64,000 nt of DNA from an uncultured Anaerolineales bacterium (lineage in GTDB: Bacteria; Chloroflexota; Anaerolineae; Anaerolineales; UBA6663), in NCBI GenBank assembly GCA_964480865.1, contig CAYZRP010000009.1, forward strand, positions 26,475 to 90,474, given 5' to 3'. Shown piece after piece: positions 9,715 through 18,516 of the stretch (position 1 is the first letter of the stretch; each line of letters begins with the position of its first letter). Both the position numbers and the translations under genes were made by a program. The notes under the pieces are model-generated. The model was not told the origin of the DNA. It was given only the letters and a program-made list of their open reading frames with translations, and did not search any database.

Positions 9715-10476
9715 ATGTCGACAGAGGCCCGCTATATCCAGACTGGCACGTCTCAGCTATGGAGCACGTCGAGCGGCGCCGGGTTGCCGACCGTGTTCTT
9801 CAACGGCGGCCCGGGCTGTGACGACTACCTCGCGCCGGTCGCGGCCCTGATCGACGACGTCTGTCAGGTCATCCGTTTCGAACCCCGCGGTTGCGGTCGA
9901 TCCGACTGGGACGGCCGTTACGACCTCGACACCTTCCTGTCAGACGTGGAAGCCGTGCGCGAAGCCTACGGGCTAGAGCGCTGGCTCGTCCTGGGCCACA
10001 GCCATGGCCCCAATCTGGCGCTCGCCTACGCGCTGCGCCATCCGGCTCGCGTCATGGGCATCATTGGCCTGGCGGGTGGCAAGGTCGTCAACGATCGCAG
10101 CTGGAGCGAGATCTACCACGAACGACTGACGACGGTCGGTGAGGATCTCGGCGGCAAGGTCTTTCGGGCGGATCCACGAGTTAACGAGCAGGGGAATCGG
10201 GAGTGGAAGGAATTCTGCCGGCGGCCGACGCTGTTCCGCGAACTGGCCGATCTGGCCACGCCGTGCGTCTTCATTAATGCCGCTGAGGACATTCGACCCA
10301 ACTGGCCGACCCGGCAACTGGCCGAGTTGATCCCGGGAGCGCGTTACGAAGAGATCGAAGGCGCCGCCCACACCATCTGGCTGACGCACGCCGACGTCCT
10401 GCGGGATCGGCTTCACGCGGCGATCGAGTGGATCCGCGCCAGCGCCCCTCTCGAGCGGCGCGCCGACGAGGCGTGA
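9715..10476 (+). CDS. Alpha/beta-fold hydrolase (proline iminopeptidase-like)
   Basis: 253 aa with the HGGPG-like FNGGPGC, the nucleophile elbow GHSHG and a C-terminal His (AAHTIW). Confidence 0.85.
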   Translation: MSTEARYIQTGTSQLWSTSSGAGLPTVFFNGGPGCDDYLAPVAALIDDVCQVIRFEPRGCGRSDWDGRYDLDTFLSDVEAVREAYGLERWLVLGHSHGPNLALAYALRHPARVMGIIGLAGGKVVNDRSWSEIYHERLTTVGEDLGGKVFRADPRVNEQGNREWKEFCRRPTLFRELADLATPCVFINAAEDIRPNWPTRQLAELIPGARYEEIEGAAHTIWLTHADVLRDRLHAAIEWIRASAPLERRADEA

Positions 10477-10897
10477 TCGTGGTGTGAAACGCCACAACCC
10501 GCCCAAGCCCCAGGGCGTGGCGAGGGCCTTCACCTCGAACGGATCGGGTCGCCGCATGGTCGCGAGAAGTCATGCACCGAAGTCGCCCGCCGTCAAGGCG
10601 TGGCGGACGGCATGATAGAGAGCTACTCCGTTTCGGCCAAAAAGTGGGTGTACGATATTCTGCGAAACAAGCCTGAAAGAGAGCGATGTCAGCCTTACTC
10701 CTACACGTTGTAGAGAGTGCTTGCAGGCGATACTTTGAATCACGATTTACCGAGTAAGATAGCGCCACTGGAGTCCGGATTCGCAAGCGCGATGAGCCGT
10801 TGGGGATCGCTAAGTGGCATTAGCGCAAATAGCTCGATCCTGCGTAGAATAGCGCCGCGTTGGCCGGGGCATTGCCACTAACGAAACGGTGTAGGAC

Positions 10898-12088
10898 ATG
10901 GCTACCCTGAGATTCTCATTGATGGGCGCCTCCGAGCGCGAGATGTTTGTGCTCTCGCAACTCCTGAAGGAGTTCGAGAGTCGTCACCGCGTTCAGGTTG
11001 AGCCTATCGTTTTGAACTGGCTGACTGCCTGGGATGAACTCCAGCACTTCGCAACCTATCGTGATGGGCCGGATGTATCGGTGGTCGGCAACTCCTGGAT
11101 CACGGCGCTCCGTGGAATGCAGGCCCTGCGACCGTTTTCGGTTGCCGATATCAGCCACGTCGGCGGCTCCGACGCCTTCTTGCAGTCTCTCTGGAACACC
11201 GGCTGTAGCGGCAACCAGATTTGGGCCATCCCCTGGCAGGTCGACACGCGCGCTTTTTTCTACTGGCGCCCGGCGCTCGTTCGTGCCGGCGTTGACGAGC
11301 GAACGGCCTTCGCTTCCTGTGGCGACATCGAACGCACGATCGCGGCCCTTGTCGAAAGCGGTCAGGCCGCTATCGTGGGTCCGACCTTGCGCAACGCTCG
11401 CAACCTGTTGATCAACATGGCGGGTTGGGTGTGGACCCGCGGCGGTGAGTTCTGGGACGATGCCGCCAAACGCGTGTTGCTCCATCAACCTGCGACGCTC
11501 CAGGCCATTGAAGAATTCGTCGCCCTGCATCGCTCGATGGGCGCAGCCAACTTCGGCGAGTTGACCGACAGCGCGGCGGATCAGGTGTTTGTCGACGGCG
11601 GCGCTGCCATGACCGTGAGTGGACCCTGGGTGTTTCGGGAAGTCGGCGCGCAACGGCCGGAGATGCTCGAGGAACTCGGCGTGGCGGCGATGCCGGGCGT
11701 TCCTGTGACGGGTGGGTCGAGTCTCGTGATCTGGCAGCGCAGCCTCGAGATCGCCGACGCCGCGAATCTGATCCGCTTCCTCACGAGCAGTGCTACTCAA
11801 CGCCGTTTTGCCGAGAACAGCGGGCAACTGCCGGCGCGTCTGGAAACGATCAACGATCCCGATCTCAACCGCGACCGTTTCTTGCGCGTCCTCGGGCAGA
11901 GCGCCCTTGCCGGCCGTTGCCTGCCGAACGATCCGCTCTGGGGGATCGTCGAGGACCGTATCGTGCGGACGTTGGCGGCGCTGTGGGAGCCGGCGCTCAA
12001 GGCGCCCAGCCTCGATGACGCCGAAGTGCTCGTCAATCCCCTCACCCGGCTCTCGCATCAACTGAATACCACGTTGGGCCACACCTGA
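10898..12088 (+). CDS. Family-1 extracellular solute-binding-protein fold (MalE-like), lacking any signal peptide
   Basis: 396 aa with a sugar-SBP-like sequence (WIAIPWQVDTRAFFYW-type motif, PWVFRE, LVIWQ). An in-frame TAG lies two codons upstream of the ATG, so no N-terminal extension is possible. Confidence 0.8.
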   Translation: MATLRFSLMGASEREMFVLSQLLKEFESRHRVQVEPIVLNWLTAWDELQHFATYRDGPDVSVVGNSWITALRGMQALRPFSVADISHVGGSDAFLQSLWNTGCSGNQIWAIPWQVDTRAFFYWRPALVRAGVDERTAFASCGDIERTIAALVESGQAAIVGPTLRNARNLLINMAGWVWTRGGEFWDDAAKRVLLHQPATLQAIEEFVALHRSMGAANFGELTDSAADQVFVDGGAAMTVSGPWVFREVGAQRPEMLEELGVAAMPGVPVTGGSSLVIWQRSLEIADAANLIRFLTSSATQRRFAENSGQLPARLETINDPDLNRDRFLRVLGQSALAGRCLPNDPLWGIVEDRIVRTLAALWEPALKAPSLDDAEVLVNPLTRLSHQLNTTLGHT

Positions 12089-12151
12089 GCGTTCGAGCGA
12101 GTCCCGTGATCGTCGGGTGTGCCCGTTGGCGATAGGCTTCCCATTGGAGCC

Positions 12152-12928
12152 ATGAACCTCATGAATGATGCAGTGGGTCGATTCTCGAACCGCGTCGACA
12201 ACTACGTGAAGTATCGCCCGCGCTATCCCGAGGGCGTCATCGACACCTTGCGGTCCGACTGTGGGTTGACGCCAGGCTCACTCATCGCCGACGTCGGCTC
12301 GGGGACCGGGTTCCTGACCGAGTTGTTCCTGCGAAACGGCAACACCGTCTGGGCCGTTGAACCGAATGCCGATATGCGCGCGGCCGCCGAGTTGATGCTC
12401 GCCGACGCCGCAGGTTTTCGAAGCGTGTCCGGCATGGCGGAGGCCACGACCTTACCCGATCACAGCGTCGATATTGTGGCAGCCGGTCAGGCCTTTCACT
12501 GGTTCGATCGCGACAGGACGCGTCTGGAGTTCGGCCGCATCTTGAAACCGGGCGGGTGGGTGGCGCTCATCTGGAACGAACGTGAGACGCAATCGACGCC
12601 CTTTCTGCGTGCCTACGAAGAACTCCTGCAACGTTTCGCTACCGACTACGCTCAGGTCGATCACCGCCTGATTGACGATGCCGTCCTGAGCGACTTCTTC
12701 AACCCGGGCGTCTTTCACCTGCAGACGTTTCCCAATCGCCAGGTCTTCGATTTCGCCGGCGTTCAGGGCCGGCTGCTGTCGTCGTCGTACGCGCCCGAAC
12801 AGGGCCAGCCGGGCCACGAGCCGATGCTGGCCGAGCTGCGGCGCATCTTCGATGCGCACAACGAGAACGATCGTGTCTCCTTCGACTACCTGACGCGCGT
12901 GTACTACGGCCAACTCCCGCCGCGCTAA
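12152..12928 (+). CDS. Class I SAM-dependent methyltransferase
   Basis: IADVGSGTGFLT motif I and the HWFD motif. The start is ATG 12152 or 12161 within the 269-aa ORF. Confidence 0.8.
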   Translation: MNLMNDAVGRFSNRVDNYVKYRPRYPEGVIDTLRSDCGLTPGSLIADVGSGTGFLTELFLRNGNTVWAVEPNADMRAAAELMLADAAGFRSVSGMAEATTLPDHSVDIVAAGQAFHWFDRDRTRLEFGRILKPGGWVALIWNERETQSTPFLRAYEELLQRFATDYAQVDHRLIDDAVLSDFFNPGVFHLQTFPNRQVFDFAGVQGRLLSSSYAPEQGQPGHEPMLAELRRIFDAHNENDRVSFDYLTRVYYGQLPPR

Positions 12929-12955
12929 GACGCCGTCTTTACTAAGACGCCGTCT
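12925..12955. repeat. Two direct copies of a 14-nt element (CTAAGACGCCGTCT) whose core AAGACGcCGTCT is itself palindromic
   Basis: Copies at 12925-12938 and 12942-12955. Each copy supplies the stop codon of one of the two convergent genes (TAA 12926-12928 on +; TAG 12942-12944 on -). Confidence 0.7.
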
Positions 12956-15425
12956 CCTTGACGACCGCCATCGGCGAGACGCCGGTCGGCCCCCAGCCGA
13001 TGCCGATCACGGTCAGCACACTGAGGCCGATGCTGCTGACAACGATCAGGGTCAGTGACGTCGGGTTCAACAGCAGGATGAGCGCTGCCGGCCCCATGCC
13101 CACAGTCATCAACGCCATGAGCCCCTCCATCAGCGCCAGGCCGACGGCGGTCGCCAGGATCCCGGCCCAGCCGTACTCGACCACCAGCATCGCCAGCACC
13201 TGCGTGCGCGAATACCCGATGGTCTTCAGCACACCGATCTCGAAGCGGCGATCCAGCATCGCCAGGCTGACCGCGTTGGCGATCAACAACAGGCCGGCCA
13301 GCAGCGCCAGCGCTGACAGCGCCAGCGGCATGACGTAGGTCTTCTGGTAGGTCCGCATGTACCGCCCGGCATAGGCCACCAGATTGAGCACCGTGGCCTC
13401 AGGCAGGGCATGGCCCAGTGCAACAGATCCCTCAGCGAGTTGATCGGGAGCGAGTCTGACGAACACGGTCACCGACTCGGGAGCCGCCACCTGCTCGAAT
13501 GCCTCGATCGACATCAACAGGCCGGCGGGTGGGGTGGGTGCCAGGGTATCGGCGCCCAGGCTGTACGTGCCGGCAACGGTGAAGGAGCGTCGCGTGCCAT
13601 CGCTGAGCGTGGCCGCGATCATGTCGCCTGGCTGAAGGCCAGCGATCTCGGGCACGAACACGCCCTCGGTCTCGCTCGCCACGGCCGCATCGTCGACGAC
13701 ATAGTCTTCGGGATCAGAGCGCGCGACAAGCACGGGCACGATGGCCGACAACCGGGATCCATCCGCTGCACGCACGTCGCTCAGCGTCGCCGCGTAGCCG
13801 ACGCTCATCGTTTCGAGGGTCTGAGCCTGAACGGCTGAGCGTACGGCCGCTTCCTGATCGGCGCTGGATGTGATGGCCAGGTTGTAGCTCGCGAACGCGT
13901 CATCGGACCCGATGGCCGCGCCGCCTTCGGTGAACTGAGCCACGATGAGGCCGACGCTCATCGCCAGAACGCCGATGAACAGCGCGATCATGGCGAAGAT
14001 CAGGCCTGCTCCGCGCCGTTGAAGACTGCGAAACGCCATCTGCACGATCGGCAGGCCGCGAACCGGGAGAAAGCGAGCCGTGATCCACAACAACCCGCCG
14101 AAGAACAGGGCGAGCGCTGACAACCCGACGCCGGCGACGACCAGCAACCACAAACCGGAGGTCAGCGACTCCATGATGATCCCGGCCAGACCCGCAAACA
14201 TCACAGCCAGCAGCGCGCCGAGGCCGATCGACGCGCAACCGATCCGCTGGACCGCGGAGCGCGCCTCGTTGCGCCACAGCTCCATCGGCTGAGCGCGGCT
14301 CGCATCGACGATGGCCCAGACCGAGAAGAGCATGGTCATCAGCGTTCCGATGGTCAGGCCCATCAACAGCGGGATCGGCGAGAAGGCCCAGGCGTATAAC
14401 GTGCTCGAGCTGTTGTGGACGAAGTCGAGCACGGCTCCGCTGACGAGCAGGCCAAGCAGAGTGCCCAGCACGCTGCCCGCCACTCCCAACAGGGCGGCCT
14501 CGATGGTGAAAATCAGGGCCAGGTCGACCGAGCGATAGCCAAGCGTCTTCCAGATCGCGATCTCGCGTCGCCGACGCTGCAGCAACACCTGCATGGTGTT
14601 GGCCACGCCGATGCCACCTACTACCAGACCGAGGACGCCGGCTCCGCGCAGCCCGACCACCCAGGCGTTGCCCGGGTCACCGGCCAGCCGACCTGCCGCC
14701 CAGTCGACGGCCCAACCGTCGCGCTCCAGGTCGGTCGTCGCAGCCTCGGGCTGCATCGAGTTGGCAATGGCGGTGTTGGCGGCCGCATGCCCGCCCGCCA
14801 ATCGCTCGGCGGTGGCGAGGGCGTAGTAGATCTTGTCGCCCTGATGGTTGGGCGTGTCCGTCGCGATCCCGCGCACGACGGCGGACACCGGGACACCAAC
14901 CTCGAGATCGGTCAGCACAATGGCGTCGCCCACGGTGAGCCTGTATTCGCGCGCCAGATCGCGAGTGACGATCACGTCGCCGACCTCGCGCAGCACGCTG
15001 GGCAAAACCCGGCCGCTGGTTCCCTCGATCGGCAGCGAGCCAACCAGCGGATACGTCTCGGGCTGGATGCCCATGCCGATCCCGACGAAGCGCAATTCAC
15101 CCGAGTCGGCCGGACGAAACGCGAGCGAGGTGCGGTAGGCGATCAGGGTGTACGCCGATAGTTCGCCTCTGGCTTGCAGGGCTTCGAGCTGGCCAAGGTG
15201 CTCGGGGCTGAAGGCATCCTCAGCGCGACGCACGATGCTGAGGTCGCCGCCGAGCAGTTCGGCCGGGCTGACGACGATGGCGGTCTTGATCGACTGCGCG
15301 ATCAAGGTCATCGAGACGAGCGTCATCACGGCAAACGCCACGCACAACAGCGCGACGACCACGCGTTGACCGCCGCGTCGCAAATTCACAACCGCCAGCC
15401 GCGCGTAGAACGTCACCGTGTTCAT
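12942..15425 (-). CDS. ABC transporter permease, FtsX/MacB-type with two FtsX domains
   Basis: 827 aa with about 10 TM helices in two FtsX-like blocks separated by large extracytoplasmic segments. Overlaps the ATPase gene by 4 nt. Confidence 0.9.
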   Translation of the reverse strand: MNTVTFYARLAVVNLRRGGQRVVVALLCVAFAVMTLVSMTLIAQSIKTAIVVSPAELLGGDLSIVRRAEDAFSPEHLGQLEALQARGELSAYTLIAYRTSLAFRPADSGELRFVGIGMGIQPETYPLVGSLPIEGTSGRVLPSVLREVGDVIVTRDLAREYRLTVGDAIVLTDLEVGVPVSAVVRGIATDTPNHQGDKIYYALATAERLAGGHAAANTAIANSMQPEAATTDLERDGWAVDWAAGRLAGDPGNAWVVGLRGAGVLGLVVGGIGVANTMQVLLQRRRREIAIWKTLGYRSVDLALIFTIEAALLGVAGSVLGTLLGLLVSGAVLDFVHNSSSTLYAWAFSPIPLLMGLTIGTLMTMLFSVWAIVDASRAQPMELWRNEARSAVQRIGCASIGLGALLAVMFAGLAGIIMESLTSGLWLLVVAGVGLSALALFFGGLLWITARFLPVRGLPIVQMAFRSLQRRGAGLIFAMIALFIGVLAMSVGLIVAQFTEGGAAIGSDDAFASYNLAITSSADQEAAVRSAVQAQTLETMSVGYAATLSDVRAADGSRLSAIVPVLVARSDPEDYVVDDAAVASETEGVFVPEIAGLQPGDMIAATLSDGTRRSFTVAGTYSLGADTLAPTPPAGLLMSIEAFEQVAAPESVTVFVRLAPDQLAEGSVALGHALPEATVLNLVAYAGRYMRTYQKTYVMPLALSALALLAGLLLIANAVSLAMLDRRFEIGVLKTIGYSRTQVLAMLVVEYGWAGILATAVGLALMEGLMALMTVGMGPAALILLLNPTSLTLIVVSSIGLSVLTVIGIGWGPTGVSPMAVVKETAS

Positions 15426-16138
15426 AGACGACCGCCGGAAGCGAGCGAGCCATGGGCTTGAGCGTCGACGAAGCGCCCGTCGACCAGATGCAGGCGCCGG
15501 TCGGCGCGGGCCGCGATGGCGGGATCGTGGGTGGCCATCACGACCGTCAGGCCGAGATGCGATCGCAATTGCTGCAGCAGGTCCAGCACCTGGGTGCTTG
15601 TGCCGGTGTCGAGATTGCCGGTGGGTTCGTCGGCGATCAGGAGACGCGGGCTGCAGACCAGGGCGCGCGCCATGGCCACGCGCTGTTGTTCACCGCCCGA
15701 CAGTTGGTGCGGGAAGTGCTTCATCCGCTCGCGCAGCCCGACCAGCGCGAGCACGTCGGACGCCAGGGCGCGCGCCTTGCCGCGCTGCGGATGGATGTAA
15801 AGCGGCGCTTCCACGTTTTCGAGCGCCGTCAACGTCGGAATGAGATGAAAGGATTGGAAGACCACGCCGATCTGTTCGTTGCGCAGCCGCGCCAGCTTTC
15901 CCTCGGCCAGGGCGCTGACCTCGGCGCCATCCAGGAAGACCCTGCCGCTCGTCGGCCGATCGATCCCGGCCAGGATGCCGAGCAGCGTCGACTTGCCTGA
16001 GCCGGACGGGCCGGTCAGGGCGAGCCAGGCTCCCGCTGCCACATCGAACGACAGCCCTTTGAGGATCGTCAATTCGCGCTCGCCCTGTGACAGGCGGCGC
16101 TCCACGTTTTCGACACGCACCAGAGTATGTTCAGACAC
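15422..16138 (-). CDS. ABC transporter ATP-binding protein (MacB/LolD-like)
   Basis: Walker A GPSGSGKST, signature LSGGEQQRV and Walker B LLIADEPTGNLD. GTG start at 16138 with GGAGG 5 nt upstream. The longer ORF to 16288 is rejected. Confidence 0.9.
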   Translation of the reverse strand: MSEHTLVRVENVERRLSQGERELTILKGLSFDVAAGAWLALTGPSGSGKSTLLGILAGIDRPTSGRVFLDGAEVSALAEGKLARLRNEQIGVVFQSFHLIPTLTALENVEAPLYIHPQRGKARALASDVLALVGLRERMKHFPHQLSGGEQQRVAMARALVCSPRLLIADEPTGNLDTGTSTQVLDLLQQLRSHLGLTVVMATHDPAIAARADRRLHLVDGRFVDAQAHGSLASGGRL

Positions 16139-16141
16139 ATT

Positions 16142-16199
16142 AACCTCCACGACCCCGACGATAGGCCCGATCGGCTCAAAGGGGCTCCCCCTGGAGGTT
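16142..16199 (-). promoter_or_regulatory. Possible RBS-sequestering stem in the ABC-exporter leader
   Basis: On the minus-strand RNA, AACCUCCA (complement of 16192-16199) is perfectly complementary to UGGAGGUU (16142-16149). That 8-mer contains the GGAGG Shine-Dalgarno of the GTG start at 16138. The spacer is 42 nt and carries two small GC palindromes. Confidence 0.3.
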
Positions 16200-16366
16200 G
16201 ATTGACATTCCCTCGCGGGGCGGATTTGGGGTGGCCGGCGAGATCCGGAGCAGCAGTCGGGATCGGCGCCGAATCGGGCCGATGACATCTATCAGGTCAA
16301 TCAGCCCGGCGGCCGATGTACGATGACGCCGGCTCTGCGACACTCCTTGCCAGGGCAGCACCCTCT

Positions 16367-17671
16367 ATGAACGACACGATACCTTCCCCAACCGTCGAAC
16401 AGCAGATCGAACGCGATTACCGCTGGAACTTCACCGTCAATATGCTCGATGGCGCCAGCTTCTGGTTCGGCGCGAGCTTCATCTCATCCGCCATCATCCT
16501 GCCGCTGTACGTCAGCCACTTCACAAGCAACCCGGTCTTGATCGGGCTGGTTCCGTTTCTGTCGACCGCCGGCTATCTGGTGCCGCAGCTCTTCGTGGCC
16601 AACGTCGTCGAACGCGCGCCACGCAAGAAGTTCTTCCCGGTCAACCTGGGGTTCTTCCTGCAGCGGGTTCCGATCATGCTGCTCGCGCCGACCGCGTACG
16701 TCCTGGCCGGTGATCATCCTACCTGGGCCCTGATCGTCTTCCTGGGTCTGTTCGCCTGGCATACGTTTGGATCGGGGCTGCAGATCGTGGGCTGGCAGGA
16801 CATGATCGCCAAGATCTTTCCGGCTGATCGGCGCGGCAGGTTCTTCGGCATCACAAACTTCATCGGTAACGGCGCGGGCGTGCTTGGGGCGCTGGCCGTG
16901 CCCTACATCCTCGAACGCTACCCGTTCCCGCTGGGCTACGTCATCGCGTTCGCGATCGCGGCGGCTCTGATCACGCTCTCGTGGGCGTTTCTGTCGCAGA
17001 CACGCGAGCCGGCTGTGGCGAGCACGAAGCCGGCCGTCTCGCAACTCGACTATCTGCGGTCGCTGCCGGCTGTGGTGCGCCGCGATCGCAACTTTCGCCA
17101 GTTCCTGATCGCGCAGATCGGTTTCTCGGTGAGCATGATGGCGCCGGGGTTCCTGGCGGTGTATGCCGTCCAGCATTGGACGCTGCCTGAATCGTCGGCA
17201 GGCGGCTTCACGCTCGCTATGCAGATCGGCCTGGCCCTCGCCAACCTGTTCTTCGGCTTCTTCGCGGATCGCTACGGCCACAAGCTGAGCCTCGTGATCG
17301 GCCTGTCGCTCAGTGTGTTGTCACTCGTCCTGGCTGTGGCGGCGCCGGACCCGGCCTGGTTCCTGCCGATCTTCTTCCTGCGCGGGGCCGTCAACGCCGC
17401 AACCTTCGTGTCGGGCATCTCGATCGTGTACGAGTTCACCGACGAGCAGAACCGCGCCACCTATATCGGGCTGGCCAACACGCTCCCGGGCATCATCGGC
17501 GCGTTGGCGCCGCTCGTCGGCGGGTGGTTGGCGTCGGTGGCCGGTTACCCTTCCGTGTTCATTCTGTCCGCCGTCATGGGGGCGTTGAGCGTGGCGCTGT
17601 TGTATTTCGCGGTTCGCGATCCGCGTGAGCGCGTGCGCTCCACTCCGACAACGGTAGTTGAAAGCCGGTAG
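16367..17671 (+). CDS. MFS transporter
   Basis: About 434 aa with 12 predicted TM helices and a DRRGRF-like loop between TM2 and TM3. Start taken at ATG 16367 (MNDTIPSP...). Confidence 0.85.
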   Translation: MNDTIPSPTVEQQIERDYRWNFTVNMLDGASFWFGASFISSAIILPLYVSHFTSNPVLIGLVPFLSTAGYLVPQLFVANVVERAPRKKFFPVNLGFFLQRVPIMLLAPTAYVLAGDHPTWALIVFLGLFAWHTFGSGLQIVGWQDMIAKIFPADRRGRFFGITNFIGNGAGVLGALAVPYILERYPFPLGYVIAFAIAAALITLSWAFLSQTREPAVASTKPAVSQLDYLRSLPAVVRRDRNFRQFLIAQIGFSVSMMAPGFLAVYAVQHWTLPESSAGGFTLAMQIGLALANLFFGFFADRYGHKLSLVIGLSLSVLSLVLAVAAPDPAWFLPIFFLRGAVNAATFVSGISIVYEFTDEQNRATYIGLANTLPGIIGALAPLVGGWLASVAGYPSVFILSAVMGALSVALLYFAVRDPRERVRSTPTTVVESR

Positions 17672-17850
17672 CCATCAAAGGGGCTGTTCAGCCCTTGACC
17701 GCCGTGGTCAGTGGCTGCCAGGCGTCTGGCGGACATTCAGGCATCCGCGGCCAAAGCAGCGCTTATTCGCCCATACAGCTTGTTCAAGCCGGGTGCTGTT
17801 GACCGAATCGTGGCATACTGACGCGTCTGGGCCGTCCAGGGGGAGTAGCT

Positions 17851-18411
17851 TTGTCGACTGCGATCACACTGTATTACAGCTATGTCTGTCAGGGCAGTTA
17901 CCGTGTCCATGCATGGCTGCGGGAGACTGGCCGCGACCTGGCGGTCGATTGGCGCCCGTATGCGATCCGCACGCACGGCCAGATCGACTACTGGGGCAAG
18001 GCCTGGTATTCGGCCGACTCCGAGTTGCGCGGGTTCGTCGCCACCGAGGCCGCAGCCCGACAGGGCATCGAGGCTGCCGCAGCATACCGTGCGGCGCTCT
18101 TCGACGCCATTCACGAGCGCGGTCTCGACCTGGGTGATGAGCAGACGTTGCTCGTTGCCGGGCAACAGGCCGGGCTGGATCTTGTCCGCTTTCAGGCTGA
18201 CTGGCAGGATCCCGACCTAATCCAGACGATCCAGGCCGGCCAACTTCGGGCGATCGAGAACCCCGGGGTCTTTGGCACGCCCACCATGGTCTTTGCGGAT
18301 GGACGGGTCGTGCAGATCGAGCTCGCGGGCGCACTCACCGGCCCAGAAGCTCAACGCTTGCTCGAACTCCTGATCGATCCGGCGAAAGCGCCGCCTCGCG
18401 CGCGCTCCTGA
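17851..18411 (+). CDS. DsbA/thioredoxin-fold protein (HCCA-isomerase/FrnE-like) with a C-x-x-S active site
   Basis: 186 aa with a TTG start after GGGGGAG. The N-terminal YYSYVCQGSY sits where DsbA-like proteins carry CxxC. It also has a GVFGTPTMVF cis-Pro-loop-like motif and no signal peptide. Confidence 0.75.
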   Translation: MSTAITLYYSYVCQGSYRVHAWLRETGRDLAVDWRPYAIRTHGQIDYWGKAWYSADSELRGFVATEAAARQGIEAAAAYRAALFDAIHERGLDLGDEQTLLVAGQQAGLDLVRFQADWQDPDLIQTIQAGQLRAIENPGVFGTPTMVFADGRVVQIELAGALTGPEAQRLLELLIDPAKAPPRARS

Positions 18412-18446
18412 TCCTGCAGCCTGATCCTGCAGCCTGCTCTTGCAGC
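18408..18446. repeat. 3 x 13-nt tandem repeat (CTGATCCTGCAGC, CTGATCCTGCAGC, CTGCTCTTGCAGC)
   Basis: Read directly from the sequence. The first unit contains the TGA stop (18409-18411) of the DsbA-like gene. Confidence 0.7.
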
Positions 18447-18516
18447 GAACGCGGCGTGTGGCATAGAGCACCCGGCTTCAGCCCGGCATGAGATTCACGC
18501 TGTGGAGGATTCGTCT

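Noticed and set aside
10754-10772. GCCACTG string resembling part of the cobalamin-riboswitch core
   Set aside because: The other conserved cobalamin-riboswitch elements (GGGAA and the B12-box AGxCAGGxGACCxGCC-type sequence) are not present nearby. The downstream gene is not cobalamin-related.
10916-12082. 388-aa ORF antisense to, and almost coextensive with, the solute-binding-protein gene
   Set aside because: The Arg/Pro/Gly-rich composition shows no family resemblance. The plus-strand frame has clear SBP motifs. Long antisense ORFs are expected in high-GC DNA.
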